Assembly (NCBI GenBank): GCA_964388445.1
Contig: CAYMAI010000004.1
Coordinates: forward strand, 80,127 to 144,126
Origin: an uncultured Planctomycetia bacterium
GTDB taxonomy: Bacteria > 4484-113 > JAGGVC01
DNA: 64,000 bases
Direction of reading: 5' to 3'
Shown: positions 20,581-31,100 of the stretch, in pieces
Numbering within the stretch: the stretch's first letter is position 1
How the letters are laid out: each line of letters starts with the position of its first letter
Notes under the pieces: generated by a model
Seen by the model: only the letters and a program-made list of their open reading frames with translations
The model's database searches: none
Told to the model about the DNA's origin: nothing
Position numbers and translations under genes: made by a program

Positions 20581-22281
20581 TCATGGCCTGGATTGGCCGA
20601 ACAGATATCCGATTAGTGCGGCGTCGCGTTCGTCGATGACGCCGTCGCGGTTTCCGTCAAGCGTCGGGAAGAGCGAGGCGGAATTGTTAAAGGAAGGCAT
20701 TACTGTACCGAACCAGAATGCGTAAAGCGCGTCGAGATCCGCAAGGTCGATTTTGTCGTCACCGTTGTAATCGCCGTCGAATACGCGCGTATAAAACGGC
20801 TGGGGCTCGCTTTCGAAAGATTCGTCGCGCCGGTGTGCGCGCACGGTCAGAAACTGCACGTTGTTCGTGAAGTCGTCAGGATTCAGCGTGAACTTGAAGC
20901 CGTTCGCGGGCGTGTCATCCGAGCGGTACACCGCGCCGTTAATCAGGAATTCGACGGATTCCACGTTCGAATTCGTGACGATTTCGATTTCGTAAAGCGA
21001 GCCTTTTTCATACGCCGAGCCGGCAAAGCCTTCCGGGAAATTGAAAAAGACTTCGGTGTCGTTGATATAGGTAATCACATTCGAGGGGTTGACGGAAACT
21101 ATGAGAACGTCGCCTTCAATCCAATCTTCCGTTATGGTCGCTTTCACTTCCGAGGGCGACCACGAGTCGGTTGCAACTTCGAGCGCTGACACGAGAAGCT
21201 GGCCGGATGTGCCGAAGTGTTTGCCAGTTATCGTAATTTGGTTGCCCGTAGAAGCGCGAATCGCCGACGGCGCGGTTATAAGCGGGTCGATTGCAATCGT
21301 CAAAGTGTTAAGCGCATTTCCGCCGATTGTGACGGTTATGATTGACGAGCTTTGAACGGCGTTTATCGGTGGGACGTTTACGGAAATCTGGGTGTCGGAC
21401 CACAAAACTACCTGCGCAGGCGATTCCTCGCCGCCGAACGAAATCGTGCTTGCGCCTTGCGTCGACCCAAGTTTCGAGCCGCTGATGACGAGCGATTCGC
21501 CTTCCGCCGCGTTCGTTTTGTCCGCGCCGGTCAAAAACGGATTGCTGACTTCAAACTCACCGTCCGTCGCAGCGATTGTGCCGTCTATGATGACGAAAAT
21601 CTGGCCCGTAATCGCAAAGTCCGGAACCGCGACGCTTATTTGGGTATTCGTCCAATTGAGGATTTCGGCGGGGATAGTATCGGGGCTTCCGGCAAAATGA
21701 ACTTCGTCTGTCGATTCGTCGAATGTGCCGAAAAACGTACCGGTTATCGTCACGGTGTCGCCGTATTCGCCGGACGACGGCGTGAAGAACGTGACATCCT
21801 GCTCTTGCACGGTATAGGAAAATTCGTTACTGAAAAAGCTCTCTTCGCCGGCGGTATCCACGACGGTTACGCGATAAAAGTATGTCTCGCCGACAATCGG
21901 ATGGCCGCCGGTGAACATCATATCGTCGAAAGTTATCGGGTCGCCGGGCTGTTGCGGAATTGCGATGCCGTCGTTCACGCGAATCGTCACGTCACCCTCG
22001 CGGCCGTCCGCGATGGGGCTTGTATCGCGGTAAAGAAAATATCCCGCGGCGGTGGGCTCGGCAACGCGCGTCCACGTCAGCCGGATGCCGACCGGAAGGC
22101 CAGACGTCGTGCGCCCGAATGGCATAAGTGCAGACAAAATTTTGGGGGGCGAAAGCGCGGCATTGCCGCGTGCGCCTTGTTCAAGCGCGTTCCCGCTTCG
22201 TCCGCCGCATGCGGAAACCGAGAGAACCACCGCCGCCGCAAGCGCCGCAAAAATCGAAAAAGAATAAAACTTCTTTAGCAT
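20581..22281 (-). CDS. FN3/IPT-domain surface lipoprotein with C-terminal type-I dockerin
   Basis: Lipobox (VSAC). The N-terminus is shared with the 22294 gene (GIRLTW...ETYFYRVT). The C-terminus carries DGDYNGDDKIDLADLDALYAFWFG...DGNRDGVIDERDAALIGYLFG, a duplicated dockerin segment. Confidence 0.7.
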   Translation of the reverse strand: MLKKFYSFSIFAALAAAVVLSVSACGGRSGNALEQGARGNAALSPPKILSALMPFGRTTSGLPVGIRLTWTRVAEPTAAGYFLYRDTSPIADGREGDVTIRVNDGIAIPQQPGDPITFDDMMFTGGHPIVGETYFYRVTVVDTAGEESFFSNEFSYTVQEQDVTFFTPSSGEYGDTVTITGTFFGTFDESTDEVHFAGSPDTIPAEILNWTNTQISVAVPDFAITGQIFVIIDGTIAATDGEFEVSNPFLTGADKTNAAEGESLVISGSKLGSTQGASTISFGGEESPAQVVLWSDTQISVNVPPINAVQSSSIITVTIGGNALNTLTIAIDPLITAPSAIRASTGNQITITGKHFGTSGQLLVSALEVATDSWSPSEVKATITEDWIEGDVLIVSVNPSNVITYINDTEVFFNFPEGFAGSAYEKGSLYEIEIVTNSNVESVEFLINGAVYRSDDTPANGFKFTLNPDDFTNNVQFLTVRAHRRDESFESEPQPFYTRVFDGDYNGDDKIDLADLDALYAFWFGTVMPSFNNSASLFPTLDGNRDGVIDERDAALIGYLFGQSRP

Positions 22282-22293
22282 TTTCTACCGCCG

Positions 22294-23919
22294 TTAAATC
22301 TGTCCGCCGCCCGTCAGGTTTGGCGGTGGAAGAACAATCGTAATCGAAGAACCGCTGCTGTCCACGCTCGCCACGCGAACGTACACGCTGCCGGTCTTTG
22401 CCGTGTCGGGGATTTCGATGGTTATCGAGGTTTGACTCCACGATACGTAATCGCCTGCTTGCACCTCGACATCGTCGCCGGTGTCGCCCGGAGTGCCGTT
22501 ATCAAACCAGACCGTGCTGGTGCCGCGTGCCGCGCCGAAGCCGTTGCCCGAAATCACGAGTTGGTCGAGTTTGGTCTTGCGCGCCGAATCGAGGCCGGAA
22601 ATTGACGGCTTGACGTTGAAGTTGAGCGTATTGCTTTCGAGCGTTTCTTCTGCGCTGTCGCCGCTGACGTTCGCCTTGACCGTAACTTTCACCGCGACCT
22701 GTCCGCTGATGCCGCTGGGCACCGTGGCTTGTATTTGCGTGTTGTTCCAACTTGAGACAGTCGCGGCCGCCGCGCCGAATTGAACTGAACTGGTGCCCTG
22801 AGACGCGCCGAACGTGTGTCCGTTAATCGTCACAGACGAGCCGATTTCGCCTTCGCTTACTGAGAGCGAAGTAATCTTCGGCAGCACGTCGAAGCTGGCT
22901 GTATTGCTCGTGTTGTTTCCGGTCGAAACGGTAATTGCGCCGTCGGTAGCGGCGCCGACCGGAACGTTGACTTCGATTTGTGTATTGGTCCAGCTTACGT
23001 AATCGCCGGACGCGGCTTCCTGCGTGCCGAAAAACACTTTGCCGTCCCCCGCCGAGCGGTCGGCTTCGAAGTGGTTTCCGCTTATCGTAATCGTGTCGCC
23101 GACGCGTCCTTGATTGGGGTCAACCGTGGCTATGGACGGGGCTACGACGGTGAAGTCGCCCGTCGATTCAATGATTTGCGCCGCTTCGAGCGTGACCCTC
23201 ACATGACCCGTTACCGCTCCGGTGGGAACGACGACGGAAATGTTGGCATCCGTCCACGAATTGATGTCGGCTTCAATCCATGTGCCGCCGGGTCCGCTGA
23301 ATTCGACTTTGTCGCCCGAATCCTGAGTGCCGAAGCCTTCGCCGAGAACCTCAATGGTATCGAGAATGCTCGCCGATCCCGGATTGAAGCCCGTTATGGA
23401 AGAACCTATGGTTATGGACAACTCGTTGCTTACGTCGGATTCGTCGTCCGTATCGTTGATGTTCGTTACGCGGTAAAAATAGGTTTCTCCCCAAGCGGGA
23501 GGTCCTTCGGCGGGCGGCGAGCCGCCGCCAAAATAGATGTCGTCCCAATCGACTTCGTCGCCGGAGCCGGGATTGGCTATGGAGCTTGCATTTACCTTCT
23601 TGTCCGCGTCGGCAAGCCCGTCGTCCATCGTCTCGACGTCGCGATAAACGTTATAGCCGCCGTCGGCCTCTGCTTGGCGGTCCCAAGTGAGTCTGATACC
23701 TTCCGGCATACCGCTCGCTCCACGGATTATTTCCGCCCGCAGATTCCCGCCGGCGTTCGGATAGGTGGAGCCTGTCGGAAGAAAATCGCCCGGAACAGGC
23801 ATTACGCGCTGGGCGGGTGGCTTGAGATCCTGACTTGATGCGCCGCCGCCGCCGCCGCAAGCGGCGATTAGGATCGCCAGCAAGGAAGCCAAAATAATAA
23901 ATACAATTCCTCTTGTCAT
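22294..23919 (-). CDS. FN3/IPT(TIG)-repeat surface lipoprotein
   Basis: ATG with AAGGGGGA RBS. Lipobox (IAAC). Repeated IPT-like modules (SISGNHF, TINGHTFG, VISGNGFG). C-terminal tail VLPPPNLTGGGQI. Confidence 0.7.
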   Translation of the reverse strand: MTRGIVFIILASLLAILIAACGGGGGASSQDLKPPAQRVMPVPGDFLPTGSTYPNAGGNLRAEIIRGASGMPEGIRLTWDRQAEADGGYNVYRDVETMDDGLADADKKVNASSIANPGSGDEVDWDDIYFGGGSPPAEGPPAWGETYFYRVTNINDTDDESDVSNELSITIGSSITGFNPGSASILDTIEVLGEGFGTQDSGDKVEFSGPGGTWIEADINSWTDANISVVVPTGAVTGHVRVTLEAAQIIESTGDFTVVAPSIATVDPNQGRVGDTITISGNHFEADRSAGDGKVFFGTQEAASGDYVSWTNTQIEVNVPVGAATDGAITVSTGNNTSNTASFDVLPKITSLSVSEGEIGSSVTINGHTFGASQGTSSVQFGAAAATVSSWNNTQIQATVPSGISGQVAVKVTVKANVSGDSAEETLESNTLNFNVKPSISGLDSARKTKLDQLVISGNGFGAARGTSTVWFDNGTPGDTGDDVEVQAGDYVSWSQTSITIEIPDTAKTGSVYVRVASVDSSGSSITIVLPPPNLTGGGQI

Positions 23920-23954
23920 ATCCGTTATCCCCCTTGTAAGGATTAAACAGAACA

Positions 23955-26900
23955 TCAATCAATTTTCCCCGCGCCAGTAAGATTTGGCGGGGGAAGCACA
24001 ACAGTAAATGGACTTTTGTTCGATTCGGTAATCTTGAAAACCCATACGCCGTCCGAAGCATGGCTTTTCGCTCCCGCGGGCACGTCGCAAACGATTTCGT
24101 TGTTGGACCAAGAGGTGACGGTGGATTGCGTGACGTGACCACCCGATCCGTTGTTGAACCTTACTTCGCCCGACCCTTGAGAATCGCCGAAACCGCTGCC
24201 CGAAATGGTTATCGAAACGCCTACAATGCCGCGGTCCGGCGTTGCTCCCGACACGAACGGCCCTTCGTTTTCGACGCTGATATCGTCAATGAAAATTCCT
24301 ACGTCCGATCCCGATGAGCCTCTCGGGTAGAAAAGCACCCTGCCCGAGTGTCCGACGAAAGATGAAAGGGGATTTTCCGCGAGCGTCCAGTCGGCCTGGT
24401 CGATGTTCATCGTGTCGATTTTCGTGTAACCGAGCCAAGTAGTGTAAAAATAAACGTCGAAATAGCGGCTCGACGGGGTGCTCATTTTGTAGTAGTACCT
24501 GAGTATCGGCTCGATTATGTCCTCTCCGGACAAATCAATGGCGTGCCTTCCGCTTGCAGGCGCGATTCCGCGAAACCACGCGTAATCGTTCGGCGTACCT
24601 CCCCATGCGCCGGGCGCGATCCAGCCGAGACATTGCGTTCCGCTGCGCCCGTCGTCCGTAACCAGCTGCCATTGAGGTTGAATCCCGTCGTTTTCCAATA
24701 GCCACTGGTCGTCGATCCCGCTTTCGATGTCGTCGGAAGCGGGATAGTTGTTTTTGGAGTTTTTAAACGCTATCGTGATTTCGGCTTTTTCGCTGGCGAT
24801 GTCGTCGTCGTCGAGAGCGTAAGCCATAACCTTAATCGCAGGATGATTGTCGTCGTTCAGCGTATTGCGGGTATAGCGCCATGGCGCCGCGGTATCGGTG
24901 GAAACGAGCGAGCCGTTCACGTAGAAAAACACTTTTTGAACGCTGCCGTCGTCCGTCGCGTCGACGTCAAAATTCGTACTTCCCGAAACGTCCGCACCGT
25001 CCGCGGGATTCGTGAAAGTCACTTGAGGCGGGTCGCTCGGACATTCGCGGATAACGAAATCGTCGAGGTTCACGCTGGCTGCCGCATGTTCGTCTCCGCG
25101 AAATCTGCCGCCGTACTTAATGGCGAAATATACGCTTTCTCCTTGGAACGCATATGTGCCGCTAAACATTGCCCATGGAGTTGTACTGCCGGAAGTTGTG
25201 GACGGCAAGTATTCGAGCGTTTCCCAAGTGGCGCCCTCGTCCGTGGACGCAAGCAGCATAAGCGCATTCGGTATGCCTCTTTTGTCCCTCATACGATAGA
25301 AAAACTTTATCTGTACCGGCCTGGTAAAGCCCGTGGCGTCTATTCGCTGACTTCGGAGAATCTGATTCGCGGTGAAATTTTGGTTGGAAACCGGTGCCTT
25401 TACGTACGCTTCCTTGCCGCTGCCGAGCGGCGAGGGCGTGCCGGGACTCGTGCGGGTATCCCAAGAAGATTGCGAACCGGAGCCGAAATTTTCGACAAAG
25501 AATCGGATTTCATGGTTGTTGTCTATTTTGCGCCATTTGAAGAAACCACCGTCCTCCGCATCTTCGAAACCGTCAGTAACGGAAGCGGCTCCTGAATTAC
25601 TGACGGTTACGCTTACGACGTCCGTTCCCGCCTGACCTTCTTCGTCCCATGCGCGAGCGGCGATGTTCGAAGTCTTGTTGAAATCGACGAGCGAGTTCCA
25701 TGTGTATGTTTCCGTCGCGCCGGGCGTATCCCAACTCGCGACCATAACGCCGTCGATTAAAAGTTGCAGTTTCGTCACCGCGTTGTCGTCCGAGCAGTCA
25801 ATGCTGACCGTAACGCCGCCGCTCAACGTGCCTCCCGAAGGCTCGGTTATTTCCACCGACGGCGGATTGCTGGTGAACAAAATGAAGTCGGCGGTCATGG
25901 TATCGCCCGCCGCCGAAGTGTCCACGCAATTGATGCCCGGATTCGTGCCGTCGTAAAGGTTCGAATTCGGGGTCGAATCCGGCGTCAATTCGGCACCGTC
26001 CTTATAGAAATCGCCAGCATTCGCTTGCTGACCTTGCTCGATTTCTTCGAGGCCGTCGGCCTCCATCAAGCGAACCAGTTTGTGTTCCGTATAAGAATTG
26101 TCCCACACCAAATAGCCGTCGTTGTCCACTTCGGCGTCGATATGCCAAAGCAAAATGCCGCTTGTCGGATAAGTCGTATCGAGGCCTTGCTTTCGCCTGT
26201 TTTGAGCGATGAAGAACTCCTGCCATGGATTTACCGGGTCGAAACCAGGCATAAAAATCACTGCGTCGCCGTAATCGTTAGATTTTCGCAGCTCATGGTC
26301 TTCTAGATTAGTAAACGCTATTGTCGGCTCCAGCCAGCCGAGGACGAATTTATGAAAGCAATTATGGTCGCCCCAGTTTCCGTGCATCATATCTAGTCCG
26401 CCGACGCCGCCTCGCGGGCCGACGCTGTCGTTGTAATCGTATAGGTCGGGCAAGCCGACGCCGTGACCGGTTTCGTGAATAGTTACGAGCGGGTCCCATC
26501 GCGCGAGTGCGGGCGGAGATTGCGCGAAGCCGTAATATCTCTCCCACTGCCACGAATACGTTTGGAAAGTCACTCCGTCAACTTGCTTCGCTGCTAGTTG
26601 GCTGATTTGCGTCAAATATCCCCACCAAAAAGATGACCATGCGCCTACCGGGCCGGCCCAAATGACCAAGAAATAGTCCACGATGCCGTCGCCGTCGTTG
26701 TCGTATTGCGAAAAGTCTTCGCCGGCCGCGTCCGCCGCTTCTATCGCCTCGAATATCAGAAGTTCACGGCGCAAAGTATCGGATGGATAGCTGCTATTGT
26801 CGTTAGGATGATAATAGGCCCGCGGATTTCGCGCGGTGTACCATCCGTAAACCTGCCCTTCTATCTCCAGCTGTTGATATGACGCCTGCTTGTAATACCA

Positions 26901-27431
26901 AGAAAGACCTCGGTAATAATATGCGGTATCGCCTTCGCCGAAAATGTTCTTTTCGAACTCATCTTTGGCGAAATATGCCGGATAATCCGGAAAATCGATT
27001 ATAAGCGCGAAAGTTTTGCTTGAACCGATCGACGACATCGCCGCAGTATTTCTCGGAGACGGAAAGCCGAGAGAAAGAATGTCCCGTTCATCCACAACCC
27101 TGTCGTGATTGCGGTCGAAGTTCAGCCACGCGAATTCGCGGGATGGGGTCTTGCCTATCGAACTCGGACTCCTGTCCGCGAGCGAGCGTCCGTAGTGTTG
27201 CATTACGCCGTCAGCGAGAGCGTGCGGATTCGAATCACCGCCGCCGCCGCCGCGATTCGCTGCCTGCATTTTGTGGTTGCCGAGTTCTTCCGCTCTTTTC
27301 AAAGCTTCTTCGTAAGTGCCATCGGCTATCATCTCTTCGATCATACCCGGCGGTGGCGGCTGAAGCGCGTGCGCCGGAAGCGCGGTCATGGCGAAAAAAA
27401 TGGCGGCGAAAATGAAAATCGTACTTTTCAT
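23955..27431 (-). CDS. M6 family (immune inhibitor A-like) secreted zinc metalloprotease with C-terminal IPT domain
   Basis: Signal peptide. HETGHGVGLPDLYD zinc-binding motif as in InhA/M6 peptidases. C-terminus ends TVVLPPPNLTGAGKID. Confidence 0.8.
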   Translation of the reverse strand: MKSTIFIFAAIFFAMTALPAHALQPPPPGMIEEMIADGTYEEALKRAEELGNHKMQAANRGGGGGDSNPHALADGVMQHYGRSLADRSPSSIGKTPSREFAWLNFDRNHDRVVDERDILSLGFPSPRNTAAMSSIGSSKTFALIIDFPDYPAYFAKDEFEKNIFGEGDTAYYYRGLSWYYKQASYQQLEIEGQVYGWYTARNPRAYYHPNDNSSYPSDTLRRELLIFEAIEAADAAGEDFSQYDNDGDGIVDYFLVIWAGPVGAWSSFWWGYLTQISQLAAKQVDGVTFQTYSWQWERYYGFAQSPPALARWDPLVTIHETGHGVGLPDLYDYNDSVGPRGGVGGLDMMHGNWGDHNCFHKFVLGWLEPTIAFTNLEDHELRKSNDYGDAVIFMPGFDPVNPWQEFFIAQNRRKQGLDTTYPTSGILLWHIDAEVDNDGYLVWDNSYTEHKLVRLMEADGLEEIEQGQQANAGDFYKDGAELTPDSTPNSNLYDGTNPGINCVDTSAAGDTMTADFILFTSNPPSVEITEPSGGTLSGGVTVSIDCSDDNAVTKLQLLIDGVMVASWDTPGATETYTWNSLVDFNKTSNIAARAWDEEGQAGTDVVSVTVSNSGAASVTDGFEDAEDGGFFKWRKIDNNHEIRFFVENFGSGSQSSWDTRTSPGTPSPLGSGKEAYVKAPVSNQNFTANQILRSQRIDATGFTRPVQIKFFYRMRDKRGIPNALMLLASTDEGATWETLEYLPSTTSGSTTPWAMFSGTYAFQGESVYFAIKYGGRFRGDEHAAASVNLDDFVIRECPSDPPQVTFTNPADGADVSGSTNFDVDATDDGSVQKVFFYVNGSLVSTDTAAPWRYTRNTLNDDNHPAIKVMAYALDDDDIASEKAEITIAFKNSKNNYPASDDIESGIDDQWLLENDGIQPQWQLVTDDGRSGTQCLGWIAPGAWGGTPNDYAWFRGIAPASGRHAIDLSGEDIIEPILRYYYKMSTPSSRYFDVYFYTTWLGYTKIDTMNIDQADWTLAENPLSSFVGHSGRVLFYPRGSSGSDVGIFIDDISVENEGPFVSGATPDRGIVGVSITISGSGFGDSQGSGEVRFNNGSGGHVTQSTVTSWSNNEIVCDVPAGAKSHASDGVWVFKITESNKSPFTVVLPPPNLTGAGKID

Positions 27432-28006
27432 TGCGCCACCGTCCTGTGTTCGAGATCGAAAGAGAGCCGCTCGCGCTTGCCGTTTCGAAGGTGCAAAAAT
27501 TGGGCGTCGTTCAAAAGCCGAACGCGTGGAGCGCCAGCCGGGTCCGCGATAATCCTGAACATGACGCTGAGAATTTCGCCCTTTCCGGCGGGTATGCCGC
27601 GTCCGCCGTTCGTTTGGGTGAATGCGAACGGAACGAATTCCGGGTGGTCCAGCTTGGCGAAAAACACGGCGGAATCGGGAACGGCGCCGCGGGATGCGCG
27701 AACCGGCTGGACGAACCGCCGGTCGTACACAAGCCTGCCGCTCATTTGGTAAAGCTCTTCGGCTAGTTCGAATTTCAGTTGCACGTCGAACTCGTCGCCG
27801 GCGGACATCGCCGCAATATCGGGGGAAACGACGGTAAGCGTATTTCTGTCGGGGGCGGAGGTATCAATCGGCGTTTCGGGTTTCGATGCGGCGGGTTTGC
27901 CCGAAGGACCGCCGTGAAATGCGGACGGCTTGTTGCCCCTTCCGCAGGATATGGCCGCGACAGCCAGCACGGCGGCCGCCAGCACTGCAAACAATGCAAG
28001 CCTCAT
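27428..28006 (-). CDS. small lipoprotein with cohesin-like beta-sandwich domain, translationally coupled to the M6 protease
   Basis: Lipobox (AISC). Its stop overlaps the protease ATG (ATGA). Residues 50-160 resemble the N-terminal domain of the dockerin-lipoprotein paralogs (GDEFDVQLKF...LVYDRRFVQPV...GEILSVMFRI). The cohesin assignment is inferred. Confidence 0.5.
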   Translation of the reverse strand: MRLALFAVLAAAVLAVAAISCGRGNKPSAFHGGPSGKPAASKPETPIDTSAPDRNTLTVVSPDIAAMSAGDEFDVQLKFELAEELYQMSGRLVYDRRFVQPVRASRGAVPDSAVFFAKLDHPEFVPFAFTQTNGGRGIPAGKGEILSVMFRIIADPAGAPRVRLLNDAQFLHLRNGKRERLSFDLEHRTVAQ

Positions 28007-28136
28007 AACTCCTCCGCAATTACCATAAATGGGAAGCGCCCTAAAGAGCGTTTCCCGATTTTAAAATCCCAAAATATTACCTCATAAGGCGTAATCCGCA
28101 ACATAATTGCCGCGTTTTTGCCGATTCGCGGCGCTT

Positions 28137-31100
28137 TCAGTTAATCGGATTCACGCCCTTCAAAACGGGCGGAACAAGCGCCACACCGAAGTAATACCCG
28201 TTGGAATCGTATCCTTGAACATTTACGACCACGTTTCCGCTTACGGCGTCCGCGGGAACGACTACCTCGATGGCGTTGTCGCCCCAGACGTTCACGGCCG
28301 GCGATGTGCGCCCGCCGCCCTCTTTCGCGAACGTAATCGTGCTGGTTTCTTGAAGCGGGCCGAAATAGTTGCCGTTCACGGTGACGGTCTTGCCGGGCGC
28401 GCCTGACGGGTCAACGATGGATGTAATGCGCGCGCCGGCGATGAAAACTTCGTAGTCGTCTATGAACCAGCCCTTCCCGGCGCTTCCGTCCGAATTTGCG
28501 TCGAACTTGAACAGGATTCGGAACTCTCCGCCTTCCGCGAAAGTAAGGTCGAAATACTGCTCCGTCCAATCCGCGATGTCGCTGCGGTATTCGCCGATTA
28601 TCACTTCGGATTCGTCCAGGCCGTCGTACCTGACGAGTACGATGCGCGCCACGTCGCCCGTGCCGAGGTCGAGCTTTTGCGAAAGCCGCAAGAACGGATG
28701 TTCCGCGTCGCCGGGGTCGTGAAACGGACCGTACAGCCTGCCGGACGCGCCGTTACCGTAATCGCTATCGTCTTCGGGACCGAATTTCGCCGAAAAGTCG
28801 CCGTCCGCCGCGGATTCGCCGGTCACGCGCCACATGTCCGCGCCGCCGCCCCAAACGTACCAGTCGCCGTCGAGCGCGCCGCCGGACATTCCGCCGAGCT
28901 CGGCTATATCTTCGAACGAATCGTTCCACCGCGGGTCGCGCGATTCGATGACGGCGTTAAGCGCGACGTACGCCACCTGCATTAGCCCGTCTTCCGCGTC
29001 GCTGTCGAACGCCATAATCGTCAAGAGCGCGCCGCCGGAATAAACATAGCGGGAATCCCAGTCGAAGCTGAATTCCGTGTCCGCCGCCTGCGTGTCGTAC
29101 GCGAGATAACCGCCGAAATCGGGGGGTTGAGCGTAAACTCTAATGCGCTCCACGTTTTCGATTTCAAGCTCGATAGGCACCGCGCCGCTTACGCTTGCGC
29201 CGTTAGCGGGCGAAACGATTTGGATGGACGGCGGCGTGCCTTCCGCGCCGGTGACTTCTACGTCGTCGATCCACATTCCGGGGCCGGAGCCGCTGCTGGC
29301 AATCAGCACCCAATACGCCCTGATTTCACGCCCCGCCCAAGGCGAAAGCGATATGCTGAAATTGTCCCAATCTTGCAGCGTCGTCGAGGTGAAATCCCAA
29401 ATTGCGAGGTTGCGGTCGTCCGTGGTTATGCAGAAATATATCGCTCCGTTCGAACCCATCCGGTAGCGCCGGTCGAACGAAAGCGTTGCGCTCGCCTGAT
29501 TCGTCAAATCTATAACGGGCATGTAAAGCCAGTCGTTGCTGCGCGCCACGTAGTTCGCAGCCGCGCCGCTCGAATGAAGCGATGGCGATTCCGCGCCGAA
29601 TTGCGACGTGTCCGCTCCCCATTTGGTCGAGCCCGTGCCTTTGTTTCCGTCGAAGTGATACCAATCCGTTGGGATTTCGTTATCCGCGACGCCGGTGAAA
29701 TCTTCCTGCAAGGGTATCGCAGCGCGGGCGTTTTCCGGCGTGACGTTTATCGTCGAGCGGGTAATCCTGCCCTCGTCCGTTATTACAATCGCCCGAAGCC
29801 GCATTTCTCTGTTGAATTCGAACGTAGTATCCCAATCGAATTTATAAAATCCTTCGTCGAGAACGTCCGTCGCGCCGAGAAATCGGGTAGGCGTTTCGAA
29901 CTCGACTTTGACGACGTTTCCCGTGCCTCCGCTTATCGAAATGCGGATTTCGGTGTCGCCGGTTACGGTCGCGCCGTCCGCCGGATTGTCCCATTCTATT
30001 TCGTACGCGATTCCCGCGCCGGATTCGTACAGCTCCAGCGCTGCGTTTACGTCAACGAAACGCACCGTGCCGTTGCTGTCGTTGTCCCGAAAGCCGCGAG
30101 GGTTCACGCCGTTGTTCAGCTTTTCCATCGGGCGCGCCGAGCCCTGCAAAAGCTCGCGCACTTGAAGCGCGGTCGGAGTTTCGAACTGCGAAATGTACGC
30201 CCACAGCAGCGCGGCGCAGCCCGCGGTGTATGGCGTGGCAAAGCTCGTGCCCGCCACCGAAGCGACGTATGCGTTATCCGCGGTAATGTGTGTGGTTCTA
30301 ACTTCCACGCCCGGCGCGGCGATGTCGACCCAGTCGCCGTAATTGCTGAAGCCGGCGCGCGCGTCGTAGCGCGTGTCGATAGGCAGAGCGTCGTCCACGA
30401 GCGAAAAGTCCTGGTTGTTCGAATCGTTGACCAGCGTGGTTGCGCCGACCGCGACGCATTCCGGATAGTAGCCGGGATACAGCGGCGCGTCCGTATAGGA
30501 ATTGCCGGCGGCGATTAGAATCAGTTTGCCGTCCTCGTAACACTGCTTAACCGCAAGCTGAATCGTGCGCTCCGGGAACGGGCCGCCGAGCGAGAGGTTT
30601 TGGATGTGCGCGCCGAGGTAGTTGGCAAGCAGCATCCCTTCGGCGACGCCGCTGTAGGTGCCGGAGCCGCCCGAATTTAGCACTTTAATCGGCAGAATCG
30701 TAACCGTGTGGTTGATTCCCGCAAGCCCGAGCCCGTTGTTTCCCACCGCGCCGATGCAGCCCGCAACCATCGTGCCGTGATAATGGTCGTCCATCGGGTC
30801 GTTGTCTTTGTTGACGACGTCGGTAAGCACGCCCGGTTCGTTGTACGGCGGCGTGTCCGCCGGGACTATCATGTTCGCCGCAAGGTCTTGGTGCGTGTAC
30901 CTTACGCCGGTGTCAATGTCCGCGACGATTACGCTTGCGCTGCCCGTTGTTTTATCCCAGGCTTTGCCGTCCACCGCGCCGACGCGCCAGTTTGCCCACG
31001 TGCCGCCCTGCGTGCCGTTTTTGTTGAGGTGCATCGGGTCGTCCGGCGGCGCGCTGACCGTGCGATTCACTTCCTGCGCCGATTCGGGCTTCAGGAAACC

